Origin: the human T2T-CHM13v2.0 reference genome, Homo sapiens
Assembly (NCBI RefSeq): GCF_009914755.1
Contig: NC_060931.1
Strand: one strand, 5' to 3'
Length of the DNA: 64,000 nt
The notes beneath the pieces were generated by a model. That model did no database searches, had not been told where the DNA came from, and saw only the letters and a program-made list of their open reading frames with translations. Positions within the stretch are counted from its first letter, which is position 1, and each line of letters starts with the position of its first letter. A program made the position numbers and the translations under genes. This document shows positions 36,611 to 50,316 of this stretch, piece after piece.

Positions 36611-37377
<767 letters not shown>

Positions 37378-37519
37378 TATTGATAACATCTTTCAAGGCC
37401 CAATCTCAAAGCCACCTCCTTCATAGAGTTTTTCCTGCCTCCCACACATCTGAGACCTCCTCCTCTGAGTTCCTTCTGACTGTTACCTGGTCTACCTCAG
37501 GCTGCTTCTCATACTCTGA

Positions 37520-37720
37520 GGCTACACTTTTAAAAATATAAGAACCTAGTGATATTATTTTTAATAACACATTTTATTTAACATAATATATCCCAAATAT
37601 TATCATTTCAACAAGTAATCAATAAAAATTAATATATCAAAAACTAAAATTAAAATGAAAAATAACAAAACTAAAATTGCCTGTGTTGTTTGCATTATAT
37701 TTCTATTAGAGAGGCCTATT
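37520..37720. mobile_element. MER33-like hAT-Charlie fragments
   Basis: ttttatttaacataatatatcccaaatattatcatttcaacaagtaatcaata (+) and gcattatatttctattagagagg (5' end, -). Confidence 0.6.
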
Positions 37721-37729
37721 CTAAAGTTA

Positions 37730-38045
37730 CTTTTTCTCCAGCTTAATTAAAATATAATTGACAAATGCAAATTGTATGTATTTATGGTATACAACATGAT
37801 GTTTTGATATACATCATACGTTGTGAAATCATTAAATCAAGCTAATTAACATATCCATCACTTCATATGCTTATTTTTTTGATGTGAGAATATTTAAGAT
37901 CTCTTAGCAATTTTCAAGTATACAGTGCATCATTATCTATAGTCATCATGCTATACAATAGGTCTCTAGAATGTATTCATCCAAAGTAAAACTTTATACC
38001 TTTTGACCAACATCTCCCAATCCACACCCTACCCCCCACCCCGGG
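37730..38045 (-). mobile_element. L1MA (MA9/10-like) 3' end
   Basis: tataattgacaaat...tacaacatgatgttttgatatac...aaatcaagctaattaacatatccatcac...cttagcaattttcaagtataca...ttgaccaacatctccc. Confidence 0.9.
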
Positions 38046-38125
38046 AATATTAAAAAGCGCGGTATAGGAAAGGAAGATCCTTAGCATCCCACCTTTCAAG
38101 AAGAAACACTGATGTATGGCTTCTA

Positions 38126-38205
38126 TTAGGTTAATGCAAAAGTAATCGCGATTTTGGCCATTGCTTTCCATGGCAAAAACCGCAATTACTTTTGCACCAA
38201 CATAA
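38126..38205. mobile_element. MADE1 (Hsmar1-derived 80-bp palindromic MITE), full length
   Basis: ttaggttaatgcaaaagtaatcgcgattttggccat tgcttt ccatggcaaaaaccgcaattacttttgcaccaacataa with TA TSD at both ends. Confidence 0.97.
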
Positions 38206-38269
38206 TAGAATCTTTTTATTTGCAAATAAGTTATTTTTGACAAAGTCAGGATCCTTGACAAAGTCAGGA

Positions 38270-38680
38270 TACTCACCAATCCTGTCTCCTCTTCTTGGGC
38301 ATAGTGAAGGGTTATACTTCCCGGTTATAAGGATTATAACTCCCCTTACAGGTAGTTGTGGTCATATAACCAGGTTCTGGCCACAGAATGTGGTCAGAAT
38401 GATTCAAGCCATATCCAGTCCATTACCTATCCAGGCATTCCTGTTTGCTCTTTCTCTTTATTCATCACTTGGATGAACTCAGGGGATCCAGAGGAAGAAT
38501 TTGGGGTTCTAAAAGAGAGTAGGACTACACGACAGAATGAGCTAGGATCCCTAAACCACTGAGTGGAAGGCTGCCAAACAACCCACCTCGAACTGTATCC
38601 TGAGCAAAAAATAAGCAGTTATTGTGTTAAGCCACTGAGATCTTGTATTATTTGTTAGAGCAAGCTACCGTTAATTACCT
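38270..38680 (+). mobile_element. MLT1I/H-like solo LTR
   Basis: gtggtcatataaccaggttctggccacagaatgtg; aggatccctaaaccactgagtggaaggctgcc; attgtgttaagccactgagat. Confidence 0.75.
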
Positions 38681-38807
38681 GGATAGCTCGTATTGGGCAT
38701 TTGGATCCAATTTCCCATTATTATTATTATTAATAAGCTCATTATTTCCAGTTTTTGTTATTATAATCCATATTTTTAGGATGAATTGCTAGAAGAATAA
38801 AGAGTAT

Positions 38808-39131
<324 letters not shown>

Positions 39132-40710
39132 AGGTATTAACACTTTTATAACTTTTTGAAACAATTGACAAAATTCCCTTCAGAGAGAGTTTAATGTAGT
39201 ATCTTTCTTCTTATATCTCTTATAGATGGGAAGCCAACTAAGGCGTTTGACTTCATTTGTTTTCAAGTATCTTGCAGATAATAGGCATGTGTTAAACAGT
39301 AAACAAATTAATTATTCAGCTCTCAGTGCATATGCAAAAGGAAATACTGTTATTTTTAAAATAATGACTACGAAGTGTAGATTTCAGAAACGGCATGAAT
39401 TGTATAGGCGCTTTCAAGAAACAAGAGTGATAGAAAAAATGGCAGCAAGCAACGTCAACATGCTTAACTAGTAACTTCAGCTAAAAAGAAGGTGATTTTC
39501 TTCTTCTAATTCTCTCTAATTGCCACGATGAAGCCATGGATATAGCCAGCCAGTTTTGGTAAATACCTCCCACACCTTGAGCTGGCCCCTGGCACTTGGG
39601 CTACTAGGTGCATCTTTTCATTCCTCCATGAATTCTCTGTACAAATCTCATTGCATACATCTCTGCCAGGCATTTTTAATGTATCAGAAACTAGTGAGTT
39701 ATTTGTCACCATATTTGGTCTTTTAAGAGACACAAGTGTTGAATTTGGGAGGGGTAAATATAAGAACAAATGACCTGTAAGATTCTTTCCAACTCTGAAA
39801 TTTCAAATGAGAGGTTCTGCAAGAAAATAAATAAGATTGTCCGCTGCATGGGCCTACTCTGAAAGAAATCACAGAGCAAGCTGGGGGCCAAGTTTCAATC
39901 TATCATGAGTGTAGTTTTCTAGAAGCCCAAGCAGTGACAATAGCATATCTCTGTTTCAACCACAAACAAGGGCTGATTCTTGCTATCCAAGTTTACCCTA
40001 GTTTATGTCCAAAATTCTTTCAGAAGATTATGATTTCACTTTGAGTAGAGTTGAAGCTTTCAAGTCCTCAGGATGCTGAGAACAGCACAGACCCAGATTC
40101 CAGCCCTCTACTAACAAGGATATTCTCATGCTATAGTAGTATGAACCTCCTCTGAGTGCAATGAAAAAACATCATGCATTTGGAACGAATGAGGTCGCCA
40201 TGGCCTTTGATGCTATTTCTCAAAGTTTTATTATTGATTAGGGGATGATGACCACAGAGGAATGAGAAAGAATTCTATCATATTTATTCTTGAAGGAATT
40301 TCAGTTGTAGATAAGTGGATTCCAGAACGTCCCAAGATAACAAACTGGCAAAAAGATTTTAAAGAAAAGAAGATCATCTTTCTATTGGACACCAAACAAC
40401 TTGCTAGCTAGATTTGTTTTCTCTGGCTGAATTGAACTGATTGCCCAGCTGTCAAGTGTCACCAAGACACCCTTCATTAGGGAAAGTAGAGATGGAAATT
40501 GTACCTGTTAACTAAACCTCATGCCTCTTGAAGGAAAGTCAGAAAGAGATGGGCTTTAGGGAAGCAAAGCTGCTGGCATAGCATTTTTTTGTTTTCTTTG
40601 GACATTTTCTACTCTTTGATAGTAATATGGTGACTTGTAAACTGTAAACTCATCACCTTTTCAGACTTCTAGGTGGAAGGTGACTTCTACCAATGTCCTT
40701 TGCAACCTAT

Positions 40711-40806
40711 CATGCATATACATATACATACACATATATACATACATATATACATATGTACATGCATACACATTTTATATATACATATGTGTATATATAC
40801 ACACAC
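40711..40806. repeat. (CATATA/CATA)n low-complexity tract
   Basis: catgcatatacatatacatacacatatatacatacatatatacatatgtacatgcatacac... Confidence 0.85.
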
Positions 40807-42769
40807 TCAGATAAGATCAAGGCTTAGAAAATGCTGTTTGATGGAAGAGAGCTTCAACAAGCCAAAGAGGATCAGAGCCTAACCATGGTACATGTGAACA
40901 CAAGGACCTCATTCTCCAGTGCCTAGGGAATTCCTGGTGTGTAGAGGGTGCTCGAAAAATATTTTTTGACGGGCAAAGAGGGAGAAAGAAGGGGAGAACC
41001 ATGAAACTCTTACTGGAGAAACTTTTTTTTTTTAAAAAAAAAGAACATAATTGCCAGATCTCCTAACACCTAAGTGGAGATGTATTGACCACCTCTAATA
41101 TGTTTAACATGCCACCCAAGATGTATTGACCTCCTATGTTTAATATGACACCCAAAATATAAGCAATAACAGAATGAGATTCCAATCACATTTTAGTCAG
41201 AAAGCAGGTTCATTTCTATCAACTAACTCTTGAGAATTGATCTCAGAAAAGGACAGGAAACTACATATTGGCAATGCAGTGAATCATATGCCTTTCATTA
41301 TCAGCCTGTTCTCTGCTGTTCTGCACCAGCCACTTCCGCTATCTCTGTATCAACTTGTGTTATGAGAATGGCTACCCAAAGTCATATCAAATAGCACACT
41401 CCCAATTTTCTTGCCATCTAGTATACATTTTAAATGACACAGTAGCACTGAGACTTTTCTAAATTCTGAAAGCACTGAATGAAACAATTGTGCATTGTGT
41501 TAATTATGGGGAGGATGGAGAAGCTGAAAATTGTGGGGACAAAGAATCAAGGCAAAGTAGAATGTTTCTTCTTTTGTATTGGGGGAAAGGTTTTAGCCCC
41601 AAAAATGATACAGCCTTTCTTATTGTTCATGGCATTGGTGATCGATCCTTCTTCCTTCATGGAAAAGCACCCGGTGCTGACCCTTGGGGGGTCTTCAGAA
41701 AACACAGCGTTCATTAAGTTTCATAAAATCCTCCACATCTGGGTTGAGCAGCTATCTCAAAAATGCTTTCCTGGCCCTCTAAACTGAAGCCTATTGTGTT
41801 CCTCGTCTCCTTTTTTGTTTGGACACCTTCATTTTGGCTTTAGCTGTATAAGGTACTTGGGAAAATGACTGCCCTAATCATAATCTTTAAGATCTCTACA
41901 GAAGGTGTCCATAACTGGAATTTCCTCATTACTTTAATATCCTTCTAGTCATAGCTTCATGGGCCTATTATGTGTAAATTAGAAACACATTATTCCACCA
42001 GCAAAGCTTTTCTTTCAAATGCGTAGAATTTTATAACCTGTCACAATGTATTAAATTCTGGATTGTTTGTACTGAAACTGACTTTTTTCTGTAAGAAGAT
42101 GTCAAAGGATCTTAATTTCAGCTAATTCTGGCAACCAAAACAAGTCTCCTCTACTTAATAGCCGGCAATGGTCTCCGCAGCAAAATGCTTCCAGCAGCAA
42201 TTGGAAATTACAAAGATAATAGTGTGTTTCTTTAGATTAGTATCACCTCTGAAATGTGAAGCTTTTGCCAATTCAAAGCTGCTTTGCTGTCATTTTAAAA
42301 CTGAATTTCCTGAAAACTGCTTAAATATTAAGAAAGGTTGACACAGGTAGACAAGAAGACAGAAAACAGGAAAGTTAATGGGCAGATTGAGAATGACCTG
42401 TACAGAGTTCCAAAATTTCATATGAGCTACTTCCAAATAAGGGAAAACTTGGCAGGCATGGATTTGGAATCTTCTTTAGTTTATCCTTCTTTGCAGAGTC
42501 TGATAATCTCATTATTATTGCTTTTTGGCTTCATGACCATCAACTGGAATATTTCCAGGGATGATATATTTTGGGTGGGAAAATCATTATTTCCTTCACA
42601 ACCAGCTCATAAAGTGTGATGAAAACTCAGCACTGGAGTAAAGAGTTTGCCATTAGGCATCCACTCTCTATCTTTGGATATTAACTCAAATATCTAACAC
42701 CCAAGAGACATTATTGGGCAAATCAAGAAAAGTTCTATGCTTGACGAAAAGTAACTAACAAAAACAGCT

Positions 42770-42950
42770 AATTTTAACTAAACACTAGGCATGATAGTAA
42801 GTGCTCAATGTGCACGATCTTATTTAATCCTTAAAAAAATACCTATGGGGTAGATTTATTATTATCCCTGTTTTACAGAAAATGATCCTATGACCAAAGA
42901 GGTAGAATCAGGAGTTGAACTCAGATCTTCCTGAGTTCATACCTTAAAAT
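42770..42950 (-). mobile_element. MIR
   Basis: ctaggcatgatagtaagtgct...tcttatttaatcct...ctatggggtagatttattattatccctgttttacagaaa. Confidence 0.75.
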
Positions 42951-44079
42951 TTTTGTTTTAATAACATCATCAGTTTCTCCTCTCTCTTTCTCTCTCTCTC
43001 CCTCTCTCACAAGATTCACTTCCCCCTTTTCTAAGAACCCAGGAATGTCAAACTCTCTATAAGAATGAGCTTGCCTGAATCATAAAGGAGATTCTGAGCC
43101 AGATATTGGAACTTCTTGTTGGTACCCCTAGGTCTCTTTGCATTTACGTAACCGTAGTACTTTTGTTCCCCATTAAGTAGGGATGCTGTGTGGCTGAGAA
43201 TGTTCCTAAAAGATGCAGGCCTTTGTATTCAAGACGAACAGGTTACAGACCGATTTCCAAGGTACTCCAACTGACTAACCAATTCAATCAATTTGGGATT
43301 GAATAGAGCAAATCAATGGGTTGTCTTGGCATTGTGCCAATGGAGTTTCAGCCAGACTCAGTCAACTTCTGTGAATCTATCATTCTAGCTGCTTGGCCCT
43401 GAGTATGCAAACCAGTTGGTAGATGTTTTTTACTTTTCTCTCATTTAAAAAAAATTATGATTTTCCTTGTATTTTTGGCAAATTCTTCCTGAAACAACTC
43501 TAAGCTTGATGTTAAACTATTTTACCGATTATCCTCATGGTAATGTCAAATGCAGGTGTGCTTAATTTAAGTATTAACAATAAAAATAATTAAATTTGCT
43601 CTAAAATAATAACAGCATATACTTGTCATGCTTTATGGGCTATAATTTTTTTGTTTGCTTTTATCTGCATGTGGTTTCCAATAAGAAAATTCTCACAAGT
43701 GATATTCTCAGTTTTGTTGTTTACGTGACATGGGAAACTTGGACAGTCTCCTTTAAGACAGATGTAGCTTGGATGCCTCACACCTGAACAAGGACTCTCT
43801 TTTAATCAAGTGACTGCTGGGTTGCAATTAATAGAAAGTCACTCAAACTAGATGAAAAACAAAATGTACTTTATTAAGAAAGTGTTTTAAAAACAGAAAC
43901 CAGAGCAAAAAGTATTTGTCAATGAACCAGAAGTTCAATTAATCAGAAAATTATTTCCCAAAGTGTTCTAACTCATCCAATTCCAGGCTTCTTTTTGTTC
44001 ATTCATTTATTCATTTGTTCCATTAAGATGTACTGAGTGTCTATGATCAACCAATTATTGGGGACACAGAGATGGGGTG

Positions 44080-44458
44080 TGTGTTAGTCTGTTTTCACAT
44101 TGCTATAAAGAAATGCCTGAGACTAGGTAATTTATAAAGAAAAGAGGTTTAATTGGTTCATGGTTCCACAGGCTGTACAGGAGGCATGGATGGGAAAACC
44201 TCAGGAAACTTACAATCATGGTGGAAGGTGAAGGGGAAGCAGGCACATCTTACATGGCCTGAGCAGGAGGAAGAAGAGAGGCAGGAAGGTGCCACACACT
44301 TTTAAAGATCCAGATCTCATGGGAACTCACTATCACGAGAACAGCAAGGGGGTAATCTACCTCTTGATCCAATCACCTCCCACCAGACCCCTCCTCCAAC
44401 AGTGAGGATTCCAAATCCACATGAGATTTTGCAAGGGACATGGACCCAAAGCATATCA
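44080..44458 (-). mobile_element. MSTA solo LTR (inserted in an L2 3' end)
   Basis: tgtgttagtctgttttcacattgctataaagaaatgcctgagactaggtaatttataaagaaaagaggtttaattgg...ccaatcacctcccaccag...catatca; TSD gggtg/cggtg. Confidence 0.92.
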
Positions 44459-44587
44459 CGGTGCTTGTATCTTTGCTTTCAATGAGCCTCATCTTCCCTT
44501 CCTTGGTATTCCTTCCTTCTGAGTGTCTCTGTTCACATGCTATTGAAGCATTGCTTAAAAATAATGCAAAAGATAGGAGTGAGTTAA

Positions 44588-44921
<334 letters not shown>

Positions 44922-45171
44922 TTAACTTTCTTAAATATTAACTTTGAACACCGGAATTGTGGACTTGATTAAAATGAGTACTTAGGTAAATTTCTGTAGA
45001 ATGCACTACTTATTGGCTTTAAGGAAAATACAACTCAAAATTTTAAAAATTGAGTTCAGTAGGTCAGTACTGACATGATTATTTCCTTTGACTTGTACTT
45101 AAGGTTCTAACAGAAGAAATCTCCTAACGCCCCTGTTGTCGTCAGGCCTTTGCCCTGCTCAGCTGCAGGAG

Positions 45172-45356
45172 CAGTGGTTCTCCAAACTTGCATGCACCCT
45201 CTCAAGCGCCTGGAGGACTGGTAAAAGTCCCCATGGCTGGGCCTCATCTCCTGAGTTCCTGATTTCTTAGGTCTTGGCTGGGGACTGAGAGTTTGCATTT
45301 CTAACAAGTTTCCAGGTGATGCTGCTGGTCTAGGGCCCACACTTTGAGAACCATTG
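45172..45356. mobile_element. MER5A hAT-Charlie MITE
   Basis: TIRs cagtggttctc / gagaaccattg; tttgcatttctaacaagtttccaggtgatgctg. Confidence 0.9.
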
Positions 45357-45364
45357 ATCTAAAC

Positions 45365-45665
45365 AAAGGTTACTCAAAGTGCCATGTGCAGATGTGAGCT
45401 AATTGTTACTGATCTGCAACAAGGCAAGCATGGAAATAGAAAGTATACATTTGGAATGTTTTATAATTTGACACTTTTATGGCTTCCCAGTGCATGATCA
45501 GTGGGCACACCTCATTAAATAGGATATAGATGAGTTCAGAGCTGTCGCATTTGCATCATGAGGCACATGTGGGGCAAGGTGCTGCTGGAGCCCACATTTC
45601 ATTCTACGGTAGGTTGAAAACAGAAAACACTGGTCATTCACCATGCATAGTTTGAGAAGCATTGC
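45365..45665 (+). mobile_element. MER5C-like hAT-Charlie MITE
   Basis: tactcaaagtg start; tgatcagtgggcacacctcattaaataggatatagatgagttc; actggtcattcaccatgcatagtttgagaagcattg end. Confidence 0.7.
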
Positions 45666-46546
45666 TTCCTAAACCATCATGCTATATTGCCTCATTATTA
45701 AAAATCAAACAAATAAATGGTTAACACACAAATGAGTCAGGTTCATTCTTTCTTGTATTGTACGGGGCAGATGGGAGGAGGAATGGGCCAGACCTTGGCC
45801 TGGAACCCACTTCCTCAGGAGGCCCAGGGGAAATGGGCAGAGCTGAAAAGACTGGCCTCGAGTGTGACACTACACATCATTTGGGGGACAGAGGACAGCC
45901 CAGAGTCCAAGGAGCTTAGGCCCCTTTGAGGTTTTAGGTCTGAACAGAGAAATTGATCAGTTAGAATTAGGATGCCCACTCCTGCTTGAGGATTGAATTG
46001 GGTAAGCAAGAAGGTTGGCTGCTTCCCAGTGAGGTCGACATGGATCCCTCAATTACAGGTAGTCAAGGTGGGTTGAAACCCAATACAGAAGATTCTCAAT
46101 TGCCACAAGTCACCTAAACCCCAGGTCTGGGAAACTGAGGTATAACCTGGTCTTGGGCATGGCTAAGTCTGCAGGTGGAGACCAAAAGCAGCCCTGGCCA
46201 CAGCACACATGGGAAGGCAGGGACCAGGAAAAAGTAGGTTAGAAATCATCTCCTGATCTCAGCGAATTGGCTAGCATTTTCTTTTATATCTTTAAACACT
46301 TTTATTAAAATTTCCAATGATCTGATTCCTAATTATGAGGATTCAGCTGTTCTCTGCCTTCAATTGTAGGGTCCTCTTGAGCTGGCTAGAAGGATGCCCA
46401 TGTGAATGAGGGCTTCTCTATGATTTTAAAGCTTGATGAATGTGCTTCAAATAGACTTTGCTAACTGTCTTTTCTAATGGATCTCCTGATGGCTCTACAA
46501 TTTTACTAGCAGTGATTTATTTTTTAATATTTTGCACTTCAAGCTC

Positions 46547-47000
46547 TGATAAATTCAGTGTTCTTTCTAAGCACTTGTACAAATTAGATTGCAGTCAGAG
46601 GAGTTCAGCATTTTTACATGTTCAATACATCAAGATCTGATAAGCAGCTGTTGCAGCTGTCTGCTTACCTCTCTGGTCCTCATTGAAATCTGCCCTACTC
46701 CACAGCCTTCCTTGGCTGGATTGATCCCAAGAAGAGGTTTTCATTACTTTATATCTAGAAATAGCCTTCAGCTTGTTCTAATGATCTCCAGTCACCAATT
46801 TGAAAGAGTGCCCTTAGATGTCCACCAGTTACCTCTTGAACTTCATTCTTCCAGCCAGAGAACAAACTGCCCCAAAAATGCTGCAGACTGGCTGACTCAG
46901 CAGTGGTGCTACTGCCTGCTGATAAAGATGTGAGTTTAAGACCATCAGCTAGGAAAGTGGAAAGCAGTAGGACATGAGGTTTCACACGGGGGTCAGATAA
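46547..47000. promoter_or_regulatory. Candidate GATA / NF-E2(MARE) enhancer
   Basis: WGATAA at 46547, 46638, 46920, 46995; CAGCTG x2 (46645, 46654); GCTGACTCAGCA (46891-46902). Confidence 0.35.
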
Positions 47001-47019
47001 GCCTGGGTTTCAATCTTGC

Positions 47020-47550
47020 TGTGTCATTTAGAATGCTTTTGATTGCAAGTAACAGAAAAAACAAGTGAAACAGCTTTAACACCAAAAGTTAGTAGCTGAT
47101 ATTGGAGCAGAGGCAGAGGACGCTTCCAGGTTGGTTGTTCAGCAGCTCAATGTCACCAGTAGTTCCTTTTCTCTCTACTCTGCTGTTTCAGCTCCATCCT
47201 CAGACTGATTCCCCGATTCCTCTCAAAGCTTCAGGCTGGCTCCAGCAGCAAGTGAGGCTAACTGCTTTTTCATTAGGGGCCAGCAGGAGAAAAAGAGGGA
47301 CAACTGCTCTCCGCCAGTTGTCACACCGCCAATCGGATTGACTAGGGTAATGTCCTGCACTGATTAGCTGAGGTCTGGTTTATCTGAGCTATCCAATAAA
47401 ACCACTGTCCAAAAGAAATAGGATTACCGCAGTTGTTTTAAATCAATTACAGTCACTCAATGGAGTTGAGGATGGAGCTGATCACACCAAAACCAGAAGT
47501 GCCCCTGGGGAAGAAGAAATGGATACTGGGGAGACCACCATAACATTCGT
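47020..47550 (-). mobile_element. MLT1K/J-like LTR nested in a MIR (MIR halves ~46950-47019 and 47553-47740)
   Basis: ttagaatgcttttgattgcaagtaacagaaaa; atggatactggggagaccacc; flanking tctctgagcctcagttttctcatt MIR core. Confidence 0.65.
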
Positions 47551-48029
47551 GATACTGGCTCTGCTGGTTGTATTCTCTTAGCCTAATCTTTTAACATCTC
47601 TGAGCCTCAGTTTTCTCATTAGTAAAAGAAGATTGCCTTGGTATCGACCTTCCTGGCTGTTCTAGAGATTAGGAAAAACATAGGATCATAAAGAGCTTTG
47701 CACTGGGCTTGGCACACTGTAAGGGCTCAATAAAAATTATGAGGGAGAAGATAAGTGAAGGGAGGTGCCCATTACATTTAAACATTACATTCTTTACAAG
47801 GCTTGTTTCAAGTGGGTCTTTTTCCTTAGCGTATGCACATTCAACGGCTATAAGTGAACAACAAAGACTTTGTTCAGAAACACCATTTATATGACTTATC
47901 AGGGCATGATTCACGTGAAGAAACTCAAGCTAGGCTGTTCTAACACATGGGAAGAATATCTGAGTTTAATACTACTACTAATAATGTTAAAACTCAAAAG
48001 ATGAAATAAAGAAAAAGAAGAAAGTGAAG

Positions 48030-48250
48030 AGAGAAGTAGTTACAATTTATTGAGCATTTAGAGGTGTTATACTAAGCACTTTACAGGCATTGTGAGCCCT
48101 TGACATTGATTTTATTACATCTATTTGCATATGAGAAACACATTTACAGAAGTTGAGGAGTTTGCCCAAAGTCAATAGCCAGTAAATGACAAAACCTGGA
48201 TTTGAACCCAAATTAATATGACTCCAAAGTTTATTTCATGTTCTCTACAC
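48030..48250 (-). mobile_element. MIR
   Basis: atttattgagcattt...actaagcactttaca; tttgcccaaagtcaatagccagtaaatgacaaaacctggatttgaaccca. Confidence 0.8.
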
Positions 48251-48277
48251 CAAAACTGCTTGCAAGGGAGGGCACCC

Positions 48278-48425
48278 CATTCATTCATTTATTCATTCAT
48301 TCATTGATTCATTCACTCACTTGAGCTCTCAGCAGATGGTCCCAGAGTCCCTGCCATGGGTCAGACACTGCTTGGTGTTCAGGGAAAGAAAGATGAATAG
48401 TACACAGGGGTACTTTTGAGATTTA
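48278..48425 (-). mobile_element. L2 3' end with (TTCA)n tail
   Basis: cattcattcatttattcattcattcattgattcattcactcac then gtcagacactgcttggtgttcaggg. Confidence 0.65.
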
Positions 48426-49664
48426 CACAGTGTGCAAGTCCTGGACTCCTGGCTTGTTTTGGGGAGTTTTTCAGGGCAAGACTTGCGAGGGGCAGGGTTT
48501 TATGCCCTTTTCTCAGTCAAATGAGAAGTGTTGGATCACTGAGGGTGATGGAGGCTGGCCATGGGCTGCTCTACCCCAGTTCCCTCCACCATCTGCTCTT
48601 CCCAATGAGACAGTTGAATCTTGCGATATCTCAGGGTGAAAGAGGTCGGAACATCAGAGGTCACCTTAACTCTCCATAACCCTGCTCCAAAAAAATAATT
48701 GTTTCAAAGGGAAATGGCATGACCAGTCAGATTCCTCTATGTTTGGAATCTGGACTAGACAACATGGATGGGTCTCAATGTTTAAATTGTCAATTCTGTT
48801 CAATTTAATTTATTAAAAAGTAAATGCAGCTGTTCTGGGATGGCTTATGTGCTGCAGATAGGGCTAGGTGCCAGAGATGTGTTAATATGTCAGCATCACA
48901 ATGCCCCTGGCCTAAGTACACAGGCTGGCAGAACAGACAAACATAGAGAATATGGTATGCATTCTAATAGATTCCTGCCTGGTATGCCCCAATGTGGCTG
49001 AATAAGTTGTTAACATTTGTGTTACATTTTGGAAGATAAGTCCAGACTCGTTGGTAAATGCCCTCCTGACTGCCCAGGATCCATCCACCATCTTCTACAC
49101 TTTCTGCCCTGACCCCTTCTCCAGGATGACTCCCCTCTGACTACATGTGCACTTGCCCATGACCCAAAAACTTAAGTCTCTAAGCCCCTCTCCAGCACCA
49201 CAGTAGCCATCTGTTTTAATTGGTCCACATCTGTGCCATAACAGTACTTAAATACTTTGAGTGTCACCCCTAAATAAAGACACATACCACATGCTTCCTG
49301 GGAGTCCAGGAATGGGGAGAAAAAGTTGGGACCAACCAAAAGAGAGATTGCCTCTGAGAACACACACTGCTGGAACATTTTTGCTTCCTTGGATCTCTGA
49401 CCACACGTCAATCATGGTCCTAGCACTTCTCAAAACTTCTCGCCCTTTACTCCCATCCTGCAGTCATCCTGCTCTGAGGCTCGAGGCAGCTGCTTACTGC
49501 CGTAGTCAACCAAAAGGCGCCAAGACATGTCTTAAGCACGGGGCTCCCAGAAGTTGGGGCCTGCCTCCAGGGAATAAGCTTCTGTGTGCACTTTGGTTTT
49601 GGTTTTTGTAGAAAATAAAGGACAAGCAAGTGGCTGGGTTCCCTTTAACCGATGATGGGAACTC

Positions 49665-50163
49665 TAACCATTAGGATGCTTTCGTCTGCAAGTGAAAAAA
49701 CAGAAAGATTCAAATGACTTAACAGAAGCGAAAGTTCAAAAGAAGAGTAGTGTGAATCCCAGGCTTGATTCAACCTCTGTCCTGGTGATCTCATCAGGGT
49801 TCCATGTTTCTCCCATGTCTGTGCTGTGCCTGTCTCAGCTTAGCTTCAGCCTCAGTCAGGGCCCCTTATTGTTGCAAGATGGTGGGCAGCATACAAAATC
49901 TAAAAAGCTGTATTTTCTGGTGTTTCTGTCCTTAGAGGAAACCTTTCCCAGATGTCCCCAGTTGGCGTGTGGGCCTATCTCATAGTCAGAAAGGGGTCAC
50001 ATATTCACCCCTGATTAATGGTCCTTGAAGGGATTGCAGCCACCATTGCTGGCTTTTAAAATCAAGATTTGCCCTTAGAGTTGGAATAGGGATCTCTCTC
50101 CATGTCTCATGGGGTTCTGCTAGCAAATGAATATCATAGGCAAACAGTAATTGATGCTACCAG
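49665..50163 (-). mobile_element. MLT1K/J-like solo LTR
   Basis: ttaggatgctttcgtctgcaagtgaaaaaacagaaa; gttgcaagatggtgggcagca; tcatagtcagaaaggggtcacat. Confidence 0.65.
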
Positions 50164-50316
50164 AACCTACTGGAAAGAGAAAGACCAAATTAGAGCAGAT
50201 GGTGTTGGTAAACAAGGTGGAGTGCATGAGAGTGTGTCACTAGCGACTAGAGGTTAAAGGCAAAGGGCTTTGGAGTAAGGAAACCTAATTTAGAGTAATA
50301 GTATTACCTGGGCCAT

